DNA of 44,736 nucleotides, from IMG/VR virus record IMGVR_UViG_3300036783_000226, positions 1-44,736 of that record; one strand, given 5' to 3'. Position numbers and translations under genes: made by a program. The stretch is from a virus (lineage: Duplodnaviria > Caudoviricetes). Shown piece by piece: positions 43,170-44,736 of this stretch; position 1 is the stretch's first letter; every line of letters starts with the position of its first letter. Under the pieces are notes generated by a model, which worked only from the letters and a program-made list of their open reading frames with translations, searched no databases and was not told the origin of the DNA.

Positions 43170-44736
43170 GTGGCGATCGCGCAGGATGCCAGCACCCCGG
43201 CGTTCAACGCGCTCAGCACGAACTTCTGCTCAAACAGCTTCACCGGCACGGCCGGCTGCTCGGTCACCTCGGTCAGCTTCTCCCCGCCGGCCGGGTCCCT
43301 CGTCGTCATCCTAGGCAGCGCCTGCTACGGCGGGACGACCTCATCGACGTTCACGACAACCGGGCTGACCTGCAAGGACTCGCTGAACAACACGTACGCG
43401 GCCGCGGCGAGCGTGCCGGCCAAGAACGGCGCCAACTCCACCGAGTACGCGCATGTGATCTTCCAGTTCTATTACGCCGCGGCGCCGGGCGCGGTCACGG
43501 TCACCATGTCGCTGGCCGGCGCGCAGATGGACGCGACGTTCGGCGAAGACCTCGACATCATGCCGATCGTCCTGACCGGGGCCGCCGCATCCCAGGCCGG
43601 CGCCGCGACGGCCACGGCCTCGTCCATGGCCAGCGCCGCGGCGATGCAGGCATCCATCACCACGACCCAGGCCAACTCGTGGGTGCTGATGCTGGGCGGC
43701 TTCGGCGTCTCGGGCATCACCCCGGCCGCGAACGCCAGCACGACCTCGCTGGGCGGCAACGTCAGCACCAACAACGGCAACGACTGGTGGGCCGGCAAGC
43801 TGACCACGCCCGGCGCGGCCGGGGCCAAGACGGTCGGCTGGACCAGCACCGCCACCTACAGCAATTTCCTCGCGCTGGAGATCCTGCCCGCCGTCCCCGC
43901 CGGGTACGCGCTGCTTCACGCGGGCACGGTCCTGTCCGTCGGGGGCATCAACAGCATCGCCCCGTCTTGCACGTCCACCACGGCCGGCAGCATGCTGGTC
44001 TGCCCCGTCTGGGCGCAGGGCTCCGTCACGTTCTCCCTGCCGACCGGCTGGCTGGCAGCGGCGCCCCCGGCCGGGTCGGGCTGCCGGGCGCAGGTCTGGT
44101 ACTACCCGAACTGCCCGGCCGGGATCACCTCGGTCACGGTGAACACCAGCGCCTCCACCACGATCGCCGCGCAAGTGCTGGAGTTCACCGACCCGTCCGG
44201 GTCGAACCCGGTGCCGCTGGACGCGCAGGGCACCCAGTTCGCCACCTCGCCGGCCACCCCGCAGGCCGTGGCGACCAGCACCGCCGCCATCGCGGGCGAC
44301 CTGGTGGTCTGCGCTAACGGGCTGGTGTTCGCGTCGGCCACCAGCAGCACCCTGACGCCCGGCGCCGGGTACACCTCGGCCGGCAACTACGGCAACGGCG
44401 CCACCCAGAACGGGCACGCCAGCTTCGACTACCTGCTGAACTCGGGCGCGGGCGCGCAGACCGACTCGGTGGCGTTCACCGGCGCCAGCCCGTCCAGCTT
44501 CGCCGGCTGCATCGCCGCGTTCCGCACCGCCTCGGCCGGCCCCGGCCCCGTCCTTTTCGATTCGGTAGGCCCGTCCGCCACCGGCTACACCGGCGTCTCC
44601 ACCACCACCTCCCCGGCGACCTGGAGCCACACCCTCACCAGCGGCGATACGGGGCTCCTGGTCGCGTTCGGGATCGACAACACGCCCGACTCCGGGTTCA
44701 CGATCACCGGGGTTACCGCCGGCGGCGTGGCGATGA
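43170..44736 (+). CDS. Large virion surface/fibre protein with repeated beta-rich modules, 3'-truncated
   Basis: GGAGG RBS, GTG start, frame open to window end (hence absent from ORF track); Thr/Ser/Gly/Ala-rich repeats. Confidence 0.75.
   Translation, partial: MAIAQDASTPAFNALSTNFCSNSFTGTAGCSVTSVSFSPPAGSLVVILGSACYGGTTSSTFTTTGLTCKDSLNNTYAAAASVPAKNGANSTEYAHVIFQFYYAAAPGAVTVTMSLAGAQMDATFGEDLDIMPIVLTGAAASQAGAATATASSMASAAAMQASITTTQANSWVLMLGGFGVSGITPAANASTTSLGGNVSTNNGNDWWAGKLTTPGAAGAKTVGWTSTATYSNFLALEILPAVPAGYALLHAGTVLSVGGINSIAPSCTSTTAGSMLVCPVWAQGSVTFSLPTGWLAAAPPAGSGCRAQVWYYPNCPAGITSVTVNTSASTTIAAQVLEFTDPSGSNPVPLDAQGTQFATSPATPQAVATSTAAIAGDLVVCANGLVFASATSSTLTPGAGYTSAGNYGNGATQNGHASFDYLLNSGAGAQTDSVAFTGASPSSFAGCIAAFRTASAGPGPVLFDSVGPSATGYTGVSTTTSPATWSHTLTSGDTGLLVAFGIDNTPDSGFTITGVTAGGVAM

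Larger units (their letters stand above)
1..44736. mobile_element. Segment of a tailed phage/prophage genome, probably actinobacterial host
   Basis: TerS, TerL, DnaB, SF2 helicase, base-modification genes and virion-type genes; dense small ORFs with ATGA/GTGA coupling; very high GC; no host housekeeping genes. Confidence 0.93.

Noticed and set aside
43160-44317. 385-aa ORF from the track
   Set aside because: Wrong frame; the real gene starts at 43170 and is open to the window end

Overview
Very GC-rich segment of a tailed dsDNA phage or prophage, most likely of an actinobacterium. No integrase, portal or capsid gene is visible in the window. Left to right: (1) replication/early region with a partial SF2 helicase, DnaB, a DUF932 protein, HTH proteins, a long ParB-family protein and many translationally coupled small ORFs; (2) a compact DNA base-hypermodification operon at 19.3-24.0 kb: ParB-like nuclease fold, amino acid:DNA transferase (aGPT-Pplase2-like), small DUF6527-like protein, Asp/Asn-beta-hydroxylase-like 2OG-Fe(II) enzyme, P-loop kinase and TET/JBP dioxygenase; (3) an apparently chimeric small terminase with an abrupt C-to-G strand-skew flip, followed by a perfect 33-bp inverted repeat; (4) two long, heavily base-paired non-coding tracts with G.U wobbles (about 28.85-29.18 kb and 30.04-30.84 kb) flanking a stand-alone AraC HTH gene, directly upstream of the large terminase; (5) an accessory region with an HNH-like protein, a C5-cytosine methyltransferase with an atypical motif X, a PLD-family nuclease, an XRE/DUF5753 regulator and many leaderless Cys-rich microgenes; (6) the start of a virion structural/fibre module running off the right end. 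Best candidates for new biology: the TET-initiated hypermodification pathway and the large structured RNA(s) in front of terL. All family assignments come from motif recognition by eye, not database searches.
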